Shown here piece by piece: positions 38,135-49,454 of a DNA stretch of 64,000 bases. The translations under genes and the position numbers were made by a program. The notes beneath the pieces are model-generated. The model was not told the origin of the DNA. It made no database searches and saw only the letters and a program-made list of their open reading frames with translations. Each line of letters starts with the position of its first letter. The stretch's first letter is position 1. The stretch is from Octopus sinensis (taxonomy: Eukaryota). The stretch lies in the NCBI RefSeq assembly GCF_006345805.1, contig NC_042997.1:115196001-115260000 (forward strand), given 5' to 3'.

Positions 38135-38783
38135 CTGTAAAAGAAGAAAGCAAATAAACAGATTTCAGATAAGAATAAGCCTAAATCACAGAACTTTTCA
38201 AGACTTAACCACGGTAAAATATTCTCATTAATATTTACAACCCCTCCCTCCCAGCTTCCCCAAATGAAATAACCAAGTCCATCCTCTACAGCAAGACACC
38301 TATAACTGTTCCTCTATCATTCTTTAAGCTCCTTTCAGCACCTGGCACAAAGTCACCTCCTTGGCCTGCAAGTTATTTGGTGACTGCACTGGTGCCACCT
38401 AAAAAGCACTCAATACATTCTGTAAAATTGGCATTAGGAAGGGGCCCCAAAGCAGACAGAGATTAGCATAGTCTGCTGGCTTGCCGGTTTCTGTCAAACT
38501 GTCCAACCCATGCTAGCATGGTAAACAGATGTGTGATGATGAATGATAGGCAAGCCTTCCCAATCTCATGGATCTCATTCAATCCCCTGCATAGCTCCTT
38601 CAGGCAAATGTCTCTTCAATTGTAACTTTATTTTGAAACTGTATGGAAGCCCATCAGATGTGTATGTATATATACACATATTTGTCAGTGCCACCAAAAA
38701 AACACCCAAGCTAGTACCACATAAGAAAGCACCTGTGCCAGCACTACAAAAAATGCACCCAGCACACAGCAAGGCCACTTCCC

Positions 38784-38873
38784 ATCATGCCCAAGGACAT
38801 CCAGCTTGCCTGTTGTATCCGTGGCGAGAGAGCTTAGATTGCTTTTTAGCATTGTAAAATGGCCCTTTTTAGG
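38784..38873 (+). pseudogene. Histone H3 3'-terminal fragment with truncated histone stem-loop
   Basis: IMPKDIQLACCIRGERA* (canonical LARRIRGERA; CGT to TGT twice), then aaaatGGCCCTTTTTAGG cut by a SINE head. Confidence 0.8.
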
Positions 38874-39040
38874 AGTGCAGGAGTGACTGTGTGGTAAGTA
38901 GCTTGCTTACCAACCACATGGTTCTGGGTTCAGTCCCACTGCGTGGCACCTTGGGCAAGTGTCTTCTACTATAGCCTCGGACCGATCAGAGCCTTGTGGG
39001 TGGATTTGGCAGACAGAAACTGAAAGAAGCCTGTCATATA
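38873..39040 (+). mobile_element. SINE family A head, split by the RTE LINE (tail remnant at about 42428-42452)
   Basis: The head ends in the (TA) tract where the LINE begins; gactgaagcaagtaaaagagta follows the LINE tail. Confidence 0.75.
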
Positions 39041-42000
39041 TATAAAGTAATTGAGGTAATCAGAGTATGCGACAGAATACTTAAGATTAGATTAGCGCTT
39101 CATCATAGTTTAGCAACCATTATATCAGCCTATGCTCCTCAGTCGGGGCTACCTGATGGACAGAAAGACCGATTCTATGACACTCTACTGCAGACTACCT
39201 CGTTGACGAACGACAGAGACCTTCTCTTTGTGGCTGGTGACTTCAATGGTCACGTTGGACGACATGCTGGGGGCTTCCACGGCGTACATGGAGGCTATGG
39301 CTCTGGTTCCCGCAACGAGGAGGGAACCAGGCTGCTGGAGTTCTGCGATGCAAATAATCTTATGATTTGCAACACTAACTTCAGGAAACCTACCAGCCAC
39401 CTAGTCACCTACCGATCAGGCCAACATACCAGCCAAATTGACTACATCCTTGCCAGGCAAAGGGAGAGATGGCTACTTATAAATGCCAAAACCTTCCCAG
39501 GCGAAGAATGCACCCCACAACATAGACTGGTAGTTAGTGACTTTAGGATCAGGAGTAGGAGGACAACCAGAAGACGACCAACATGGAGAAGAAGGATCTG
39601 GAAGCTTAAGGATCATGTGAATGGACAGAGATTTAGAGACATGTTACTTGAAGCCTTTGACGAAGTAGAAGGGGATAGAGTATCACATGGGGTAGAGGAC
39701 AACTGGACGTTTCTAAGGGACAACCTGCTGAGAGCCACTGACCAGATCTGTGGCTGGTGCAAAGTCCCCTCTCGTCCCAAGGTAACGTGGTGGTGGAACA
39801 GTGTCGTAGACAGGGCTATTAGAGAAAAGAGACAGACTTGGAAGCACTGGAAGAATGGTGGTAGCAGGGAATTGTATCAGACTGCTAAAAGGGAAGCTAG
39901 GAGACAGGTCTATCTAGCCAGAGGGGAGGCAGATTAGAAAAAATGTGCCAATGTTCTGCGCCGTGAGGACCAAAGACTGGAGGTGTTTCGCGTTGCAAGA
40001 CAGTGTGTGAGAGAGAATTGTGATGTGGTGGGAGAGAAGTGTGTTCGCATGGAAGATGGTTCACTTGCGCTAAACGAGGATGCAAAGAGAGAGGCTTGGA
40101 GACGCCACTATGAAAGGTTGCTGAATAAAGAAAATGAATGGGATAAAGAGAGTCTTCCGAACGTTGACCCAACAGAGGGACCAGCTATCAGGGTTGATAG
40201 TTCCTTAGTAGCTAAGGCAATTAGAAGCATGAAGACAGGGAAAGCCCCAGGCCCATCAGGCATCACTGCAGAGATGCTCAAAATATCTGGTAGTGTCGGC
40301 TATAGCCTAGTCACCTGTATAGTTAATCAGGTGATACATGAAGGAGTCATACCCAATGACTGGTGTAGCAGCATAATAGTCAACTGCTACAAAGGTAAAG
40401 GTGATGCCCTAGATACAAATAATTACAGAGGTATCAAGCTGTTGGATCAGGTGATGAAGGTTACAGAGAGGGTCATAAGCCAACTAATTAGAGAGAGAGT
40501 TAGTTTAGATGAGATGCAGTTTGGTTTCGTGCCAGGGAAAAGTACCACTGATGCTATATTCCTGGTAAGGCAGCTGCAGGAGAAATACCTAGCCAAAGAT
40601 AAGCCCCTGTACCTGGCTTTTGTTGACATGGAGAAAGCCTTCGACAGGGTCCCCCGATCCCTCATATGGTGGTCAATGAGGAAACTAGGAATAGATGAAT
40701 GGTTAGTGAGAGCTGTGCAAGCCATGTACAGGGACGCTGCTAGTAAGGTGAGGGTTGGCAATGAGTACAGTGAAGAATTCCGGGTAGAGGTAGGGGTCCA
40801 CCAAGGCTCAGTCCTCAGCCCCCTCCTATTTATCATAGTCCTCCAGGCAATAACGGAGGAATTCAAGACAGGATGCCCCTGGGAGCTCCTCTATGCTGAT
40901 GACCTTGCTCTAATTGCTGAGTCATTATCAGAACTGGAGAAGAAGTTTCAGGTGTGGAAGCATGGTTTAGAATCGAAGGGCCTTAGAGTCAACCTAGCTA
41001 AAACCAAAGTCCTAATAAGTAGGAAGGTAGACAAATCACAAACGCCTTCAGGTAGATGGCCCTGCTCGATCTGTAGAAAAGGTGTAGGTAGAAACTCTAT
41101 AAGATGCACCAAGTGTAAGCTATGGACACATAAGAGGTGCAGCAATGTCATAGGAAGGCTAACTAGGAAGATGGTTTTTGTATGTGGCAGATGCTCGGGA
41201 GCATTAACCTCTGAAAATCTGCAGAAAACAACTTCCGTCACTTTCCAGGGGGAAAAACTAGAAGTAGTTGATAGCTTCCGTTATCTTGGTGACCAAGTCA
41301 GTAGTGGGGGTGGGTGTGCTGAAAGTGTAACGGCTAGAGTAAGAATAGCCTGGGCAAAGTTTAGGGAGCTCTTACCTCTGTTGGTGACTAAAGGCCTCTC
41401 GCTCAGAGTAAAAGGCAGACTGTATGATGCATGTGTACGAACAGCCATGCTACATGGCAGTGAAACATGGGCCGTGACTGCTGAGGACATGCGTAAGCTC
41501 GCGAGAAATGAAGCTAGTATGCTCCGTTGGATGTGTAATGTCAGTGTTCATAGTCGACAGAGTGTAAGTACCTTGAGAGAAAAGTTGGACCTAAGAGGAA
41601 TCAGATGTTGTGTGCAAGAGAGACGATTGCGCTGGTATGGTCATGTGGTGAGAATGGATGAAGATAGGTGTGTGAAAAAGTGCCACACCCTAGCAGTTGA
41701 GGGGACCTGTGGAAGAGGTAGACCCAGGAAAACCTGGGTCGAGGTGGTGAAGCACGACCTTCGAACTCTAGGTCTCACCAAAGAAATGACCAGAGACCGA
41801 GACCTATGGAAGTATGCTGTACGTGAGAAGACCCGGCAAAACCAGTGAGAACAATCAAAATCAAATCATATATCAGAAAGCAGGGGTTAAGTGACCCATC
41901 CGTTCGTGTCCGCTGTCAGCCTTGTCTGGCCCCCGTGCCGGTGACACGTAAAAGCACCGTCCGCTCGTGGACGTTTGCCAGCTCTGTCTGGCAACCGTGT

Positions 42001-42427
42001 CGGTGGCACGTAAAAGCACCATCCGTTCGCGTCCGTTGCCAGCCTCGGCTGGCCCCCGTGCCGGTGACATGTAAAAGCACCGTCCGTTCGTGGCCGTTTG
42101 CCAGCTCTGTCTGGCCCCGTGTCGGTGGCACGTAAAAGCACCATCCATTCGTGTCCGTTGCCAGCATCGCCTGGCCCCGTGCCGGTGACACGTAAAAGCA
42201 CCATCCGTTCGTGGCCGTTCGCCAGCTCTGTCTGGCACCTGTGCAGGTGGCACGTAAAAAACACCCACTACACTCGCGGAGTGGTTGGCGTTAGGAAGGG
42301 CATCCAGCCGTAGAAACACTGCCAGATCTGACTGGGCCTGACGAAGCCTTCCAGCTTCACAGACCCCAGTTGACCCGTCCAACCCATGCTAGCAAGGAAA
42401 GCGGACGCTAAACGATGGTGATGATGT
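39041..42427 (+). mobile_element. 5'-truncated RTE-clade LINE (partial APE, RT, embedded PHD finger, tandem-repeat 3' UTR, (GAT)n tail) in C1QBP intron 3
   Basis: ORFs 38996-39937 and 39983-41848 are in the same frame, separated by one TAG (39935-37). Motifs GDFNGH, SQIDY, QFGF, KAFD and YADD (40892-903). C4HC3 finger at 41063-41194. Confidence 0.93.
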
Positions 42428-43503
42428 GTGTGACTGAAGCAAGTAAAAGAGTACACTCTGTAAAGTGGTTGGTGTTAGGCAGGGCATCCAACTGTAGAAA
42501 GCATGTCAAGACTATGGAACCTGGTGCAGCCCTCTGGCTTGCCAGTTCTTGGCAAACCACCCAAGCCATGCCTGTTTGGAAAACAGACATTAAATGATGA
42601 CGATGTGTGTGTGTGTATGTATATCATCATCAACATTCGACATCTATTTTCCATGCTGGCATGGGTTAGACGGTTTGAGTGAAGCTGGCAAAGCCAGGTG
42701 TGTGAGGTAGGGAGGAATACCATTTTAACATTTAATATTTCCATGTTTGCAGTTGGATCACTTGACACTTTTTTTTTTAATTCAAGAATGAAGAAATGGT
42801 AATGGGTGAGCTCAGAATTCTGGGGTGTACAAAATAGATGATTATGGAGCAAAATAAGTGGGAAGGTACTAGTGTTGAAATCAACTTGCTCAACCATTAT
42901 AAACATGAAAAACCTGACATGAAATGATGATGATATTCAGCAAGGCCACTTCCTAAATGATAGGGTTATTTAGTTTTATGAATCTGACACATGTGACTAA
43001 GGCAGTATTAAATTAAAAACAGCAATCAATGTATCACAATGTATATATACACCATCAATAGGCCAATTACTGCAGTATTTGTCTTGAGATAACACCTCTG
43101 ATGGACTTGCATCAAAAACAGAATAATTAGAGGGCAGGAAGAAAGTTCATCTCCGTAGCAACCAGCAAGAGTGCCAGATGCATTTTGCCCCTTTCAATGG
43201 CACTTGTGCTCAGCTGGGGAATTGTCTGTGAGAGGAATAAGTGAATAGAACATTCACTGATGTTGCAAATAACCATACAGCTGATTAAAAAAAAGTCTAG
43301 TATAAGCAATTGAGGCAGTAATTAAAATAGCTATCTGTGTATTATACTGAATGTATACACACTTGATAGGCCGGTTACTGCAGTTATTTGTCCTGAGATA
43401 AAAAAAAATCTCTGATGGAATTGTTGTGTTAAAAACAGATCAAAGGGAGACAAATATGACTTTTTTTTTTGTTATTGCTATGTTGACTTGTATGAAAGAG
43501 TAC

Positions 43504-43591
43504 CTGGGTTACATCTTCATCTTGGGACTCGTTGACAACTTCGGCTTCATCGGCATCAACAGAATGGTTTATGTTCAAATTGATAGTAATT
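43504..43591 (-). CDS. C1QBP: C1QBP exon 3 (ITINLNINHSVDADEAEVVNESQDEDVTQ)
   Basis: tttcag acceptor and CAG|GTACTC donor; 88 nt, phase 2 to phase 0. Matches the p32 ITVTFNINNS motif followed by an acidic loop. Confidence 0.93.
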
Positions 43592-43776
43592 CTGAAACAC
43601 AATAAAAGACAACATCGATAATCGAATACGAAATCGACCATATTTAATGAAGAGAGAATTAGGGATCTAAACTAGATCAATCTGGCAGAGCCCTACAATA
43701 ACAGTGAACACATCACTAACATACAGAAACGTGGGTATACAGAAACGTGGGTGCGCATGTGTGTATATATATATAT

Positions 43777-44070
43777 GTGGAGGCGCAATGGCCCAGTGGT
43801 TAGGGCAGTGGACTAGCTGTCGGAGGATCGCGATTTCGATTCCCAGACCGGGTGTTGTGTGAGTTTATTGAGCGAAAACACCTAAAGCTCCACAAGGCTC
43901 CGGCAGGGTGTGGTGGTGACCCCTGTTGTAGTCTTTCAACCCAACTTTCTCTCACTCTTTCTTCCTGTTTCTTGAGTAACGCTGCAATGGACTGGTGTCC
44001 CGTCCAGCTGGGGGGAACACACACGCCATAGAAACCGGGCTAGGCTTGAAAAGGGCGCATAAATAAATAA
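43777..44070 (+). mobile_element. tRNA-derived SINE (related subfamily)
   Basis: TGGCCCAGTGG and ATTTCGATTCC boxes; 3' end shared with the 124-385 element. Confidence 0.7.
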
Positions 44071-44102
<32 letters not shown>

Positions 44103-44558
44103 CACACACATGTATAAAAGAAAAAAGATGACAAAAGAATAGATAATTATCTAATGAACTCTGTTAGCTTATAACTGTTTCCACTATAAAATATGGGAGA
44201 CTCATAGTTGAACGTCTGAGTAACACCTTGCAGTTTTCTGAAACACGTGTATATTGAGTTCTACACCGAGCTATTAACCCTTTCATTACCAACCTGCCTG
44301 AAACCGACTCTGGCTCTGAGTACAAATATCTTGTTTTCATAAGTTTTGAATGAAAGTCTTTCACCAAACCTTAGTCACAATTTATGTTCCTAACACTAGA
44401 TTAATGATAACTAAGTTATTTTACTAAGCTCTTGTTATATTTAAAATTAATTGAAAGAAACACAGAGCATCTCAAAATAAATACAGTTACAAAAAGGTTA
44501 AAATCGCAACACCTAAGTGAAATATATGTGTGTGTGTGTGTGTGTGTGTGTAAATATA

Positions 44559-44775
44559 CAATGGGGTGCTGAAAAGTTCCTGGCTTTCAGGGTCTCGCGA
44601 AAGGCCTGGACAGAGGCCCAACCTTCCTAGTTCTTTAACATGGCTTAGAAAAACTGAAGGACCGCTGCAGTAAGTGTGTGAATCTGAGAGGGGAATATGT
44701 TGAATAAAATCATAATTAACTGATCCTCCTGCATTTTCCTGTACCCAAAACCTGGAACTTTTCAGCACCCCTTGG
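44559..44775 (+). mobile_element. Mariner-derived MITE
   Basis: TA TSD and about 25-bp TIRs (ggggtgctgaaaagttcc). Internal remnant LEKLKDRCSKCVNLRGEYVE*. Confidence 0.8.
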
Positions 44776-45082
44776 TATACAAAGCATAGGAAATAGAAGG
44801 AATTGTGAAAAGCATTCGTTTCTTCAGGAGTTAGCCAGGATCCTGTTTGGCCCCCACGGATGCTGCAGTCCTTACATAAAATTCTTTCTTTATCAGTTTT
44901 GTGTTATAAATTGTTGACTGCTGATGACCACCAGATGTGGTCAGCATTTGGATGAGGGATGTGGTGAACTCATTCGTCAGAGCCAGCTCAACCATGTTAA
45001 AACTTAACGTCGGTATTACAACTACCCAATCCAGGTTAGTAAATAAGCATAAATTGGTAATATAATGCTTTGTCAAACTTAC

Positions 45083-45233
45083 GTTTCATTGCCTAAAGTC
45101 TTTGTTAGAGTGATTTTGGCGTTGTCTGTAACAATGTCAAATCCGTCAATTACTGGAAGTTTGGCGGGATATTTTTTTGTATTTTGGCCAAGACTGATTT
45201 CTTTCTCTAAAAATCTGGAGAGTTCAGCATCAA
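45083..45233 (-). CDS. C1QBP: C1QBP exon 2 (VDAELSRFLEKEISLGQNTKKYPAKLPVIDGFDIVTDNAKITLTKTLGNE)
   Basis: Polypyrimidine/TAG acceptor and GTAAGT donor; 151 nt, phase 1 to phase 2. Resembles p32 DKAFVDFLSDEIKEE...AKLVRKVAGEK. Confidence 0.93.
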
Positions 45234-46107
45234 CTATAGGGAGAAAAAAAAGAAAAAGAAAAAAACATTATCTACTTTATATTTTTAACAGTTCCACAAA
45301 GGGACTTGTCAGGTTAGAAGTAGCATCCAAATATCACTCCACCATCTTAAAGCAAAAAAGGACACAAATAATAGTCAAGGACACACTACAATACTTAGGA
45401 AAATATATATACTCTTTTACCTGTTTCAGTCATTCGACTGTGGCCATGCTGGAGCACGGCCTTTAGTCGAGCAAATCAATCCCAGAGCTTATTCTTTGTA
45501 AGCCTAGTACTTATTCTATCGGTTCTCTTTTGCCGAACTGCTAAGTTATGGAGACAAACACAGACACGCAAACATACATACGACGGGCTTCTTTCAGTTT
45601 CCATCTACCAAATCCACTCACAAGGCTTTGGTCGGCACGAGGCTATAGTAGAAGACACTTGCCCAAGGTGACATGCAGTGAGACTGAACCCAGAACCATG
45701 TTGTTGGTAAGCAAGCTACTTACCACACAGCCACTCCTATGCCTATATATATATATAAATATATAAAATGATCCACCTGAGGATTGACTTGGGCTAAACA
45801 ACAATTTAAAACCCTTTGTTACCAGTTTGTAATAAACTGCCTTATTTCAGTTTTTAAAATGAAGAATTTACTAAAATAACTGTCAACATTAAGATGATAT
45901 TTAGAACATAAATCAACAAGAAATTTTAATATAAAAGGTTCTTCTTTAGATTGCTGTAGTAGTAGTAGTCTCCAGCTACTATCAAAATAGTTAGCTCTTG
46001 GAAGATTATTTTTGATATCATTGCTATGTGTGTGTTTTCCGAGATTATTCAGTAAGTGGTGCTGAATTTTACAATCTGAAAGTGATTAATATTCTATAAG
46101 CTTAAAG

Positions 46108-46274
46108 CTTATAAGCAATCATGCACTGACTGAGGTAAAGAGTCTAATATTGGGGCATAGAAAAAAGTAGGGTTTGCCATACACATGGGATGGCAAACCC
46201 TACTTTTTTCTATGAAGGGCTTATATGTCCTAATATTAGACCATTTCTAAGTCAATGCATGGTGATTGCTTATA
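46108..46274. repeat. Intronic foldback with a perfect 25-bp central stem (46156-46180 / 46190-46214)
   Basis: catagaaaaaagtagggtttgccat and its exact reverse complement around a 9-nt loop; imperfect outer arms. Confidence 0.85.
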
Positions 46275-46293
46275 AAATATCAACACACACACA

Positions 46294-46814
46294 CAGTAAT
46301 CCCTCGACTATCATGGGTGTTACATTTCAAAACACCGCACGATAGGTGAAAATCCACTAAGTAGAGTCAGCATTGCATATTTAAAAAAATTATTTTTATA
46401 ATTTGTATATATTTATTTTTTTAATTTTTATATATTTAAGCTTTTATAAACTCTCCCCACGTTCTTAAGGGTGTCCACATCTCTTTTTTTTACCTCCGTA
46501 GTTTCGTTTTCCATACAGTACGTGTGATTCTTTGTTTACTATCTACAGTACACTACGTATTTTCTTTTAATATATTGTAATTAGTGTGTTATACAGTGCA
46601 GTACTGTTCTGTATTTTCATTTAATTTGTAGGCATGAAAATGCTTAATTTACCACAGAAATAATTAAAATCTGAAAAAATATAAACACCTATAGGTTGCA
46701 AAAACCTGTGATATACTGAGGAGGCCATGATATACATGTATATATATTAGCCAGAAAAATCTGTGACGTACTGAGAGCATGATAGGTGAACTGCGATATG
46801 GTGAGTAATCAGTG
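46294..46814. mobile_element. Degenerate pogo/Tigger-like MITE
   Basis: CAGTAATCCCTCG left terminus; decayed right terminus followed by TA. Confidence 0.45.
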
Positions 46815-46865
46815 TATATATCTGGCCCATGTGAGCATTAGAAAGTGGATGTCAAATTGACGAGA

Positions 46866-47300
46866 TATATATATCAAATTCGATGACTGGCATCCGTGCT
46901 AGTGGAGCGCTAAGAGTACCATACGAGTGAGATCGGGGTCAGAGCAACAAACTGGCCCCCGAACCGATGGCACGTTAAAAACACCATTCGAGTGTGATCG
47001 TTACCTGTGTTGCCTTACTAGCACCTGTGCTGGTGGCACGTGAAAAACATTCGAGTGAGGTCGTTGCCAGTGCCGCTGGACTGGCTCCTGTGCAGGTGAC
47101 ACATAAAAAGCACCATTTGAGCGTGGACGTTGCCAGTACCGCCTGACTGGCCCTTGTACCGGTGGAACATAAAAGCATCCACTACACTCTCGGAGTGGTT
47201 GGCATTAGGAAGGGCATCCAGCTGTAGAAACTCTGCCTGATCAAGATTGGAGCCTGGTGCAGCCATTTGGTTCGCCAGTCCTCAGTCAAATCGTCCATGA
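46866..47300 (+). mobile_element. Representative 3'-end fragment of the PHD-RTE LINE family
   Basis: Matches the 41900-42427 UTR/tail. Further fragments at about 21207-21645, 25026-25290, 25864-26200, 28230-28475, 33060-33500, 33716-34150, 34720-35052, 49705-50176, 50595-50860, 61310-61882 and 62118-62400. Confidence 0.8.
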
Positions 47301-49454
47301 TGATATACACACACATATATCTTGTCATTTCAACATCCACTTTCTTATGCTTACATGGGCCAGGCAATGCATGCACGACAAGCTTTGTACAATTTTCACC
47401 TACCAAATTCACTCACAAGGCAAAAACATACATCACTGCTTTCAGAGATGCCTCAGAGAACCATGCTCTGCTTGAACATTTCAGTTCTATGGATGCCCTT
47501 TCCATCACTAACCCCTTTACAGAGTGTACTGGGTGCATTTTATTAGGCACCAGCCATGCCCTCAATCAAACTACAAGGTCCCCTTGATTTAACACTAACT
47601 TTCTACACCTGTTCCCAACCATTTCAGAGTGTGCTGGGTGCATTTTATTGTTACACCAGCATGAGAGAGGTTGCCTGGTACAATGAAAGAGGAAAGGGGG
47701 AGTGGTTGTGTAGTAAGACAAGTGTCTTCTACTATAGCCTCAGAATGACCAAAGCCTTGTTAGTGGATTTGGTAGATGGAAACTGAAAGAAGCCCATTGA
47801 GTGTGTGTGTCCTCTACCACACCTACCACTTGATAACTGGTGTTTACATTCCTGTAACTTAGCAGTTCGGTTAAGAGATCAATAAAATAAGTACTGGGTT
47901 GTAAAAAAAATAAGTATTGGGGGTCGATTCATTTGACTAAAATTTCTCAAGGCTGTGCTGCAGCATGGCCACAGTCCAATGACTGTAACACATAAAAGAT
48001 ACTCTAAACGTGTCTGTTGGTTCAAAGCAATGTGATGAGGGATGGTAAGAGAGTGGGATGCAGAAGAGGAAGAGTGTTGTAGTGGAAACAAAGTGACTGG
48101 GGGTGATGAGGATGATAGAAGGGGACTGGCGATGAGGGCTTCAGGATACATTGCTATTCAATGACCCCTTTCCTATGCTTGCATGCCATCAGACAGAATT
48201 TGCTGGAGCAGATTTTCTTCAGCCAACATTCACCTGTTTCCTGGTAAGGTAATATTTCTATTTCTTTACTACCCACAAGGGGCTAAACACAGAGGGGACA
48301 AACAAAGGGATTAAGTCGATTACATTGACCCCAGTGTGTAACTGGTACTTAATTTATCGACCCCAAAAGGATGAAAGGCAAAGTCGACCTAGCAGGGTTA
48401 CACAAGGTGGGCAGGTTGATGTTGAACCCAAACTGGCAAATGGGGCTCTGGTTACCTGCATAGCAAGTATGAAACCTTGGTGGAAGAACTGTCAACGATA
48501 AGGTGCACAAGATGCTGGGCAGAAAAATCCAAAATAGAGCAATGGCCAGGGTCAACCAGTAGTCAGAGAAATACTGCAATCACCAATAGATGTGGCTCAC
48601 ACTGATGATTATACTGAGCTATTGAAAGACTAGACTAGTCAGGTTTTTCACAAAAGACTGAGAAATTAATTACATCACCAATATGGCAGTGAGGCTCATT
48701 TATAATCATCACATGATGTTAAAACAGGGATGGACGGACACACATATACAATGGAGTTCCTGTAAATTTTCATCTGAAAATCCACTCACAAGGCTCTGGA
48801 TAGCCTTGGGCTATAGTAGACATTTGCCCAAGGTGTCATGCAGTAGGATTGAACTTGGAGACAAGGTTGAAGAGCAAGCTTGTTAACCACACAGCCATGC
48901 CTGCACCCATAAAGTTTCCAATTTCTGAGACGATATACTTGGTCTTAGTCCTTTAGCATTCAGATTATTCTGTCAAATTTAATACTTATTTATTCACATT
49001 ATTGTGAATTAATCAGACATCTTACAGCTTTGAAGTTTTCATGTGATTGCTTATGTTTAGAAGGATGTTGTTGGGTAGGTGTGAGAGGCTGCATCTGGCA
49101 GGTTCAAACCTTTAAATAGGTAGAATATTTAGGCCAGATAAAGCCAATTTGAATGCTAAAGGGGTCACCAAGAATCTAGATTCTGTAGTAGAAAGGCGAA
49201 TGATTGGTAACACATATGCCTGTCCATCACAACCCAAATATGTTAATATGAATTACTGTTCATTAAGCTGGTAACCTCAGTAATATATTTGTAAACTAGC
49301 TTTCTACAACTTCTCGTGTACATCAACTTCAGTGAATCTCTCGTCAGAGCTCTGGTTGGTGCAGTGAAATCTGTGTCACATACAAAGGAGATCTAATAAG
49401 ATCCAAATATGTTCAGTGACGTCTCTTGTTCTTGTTTAAATGAGCAAGATAAGT

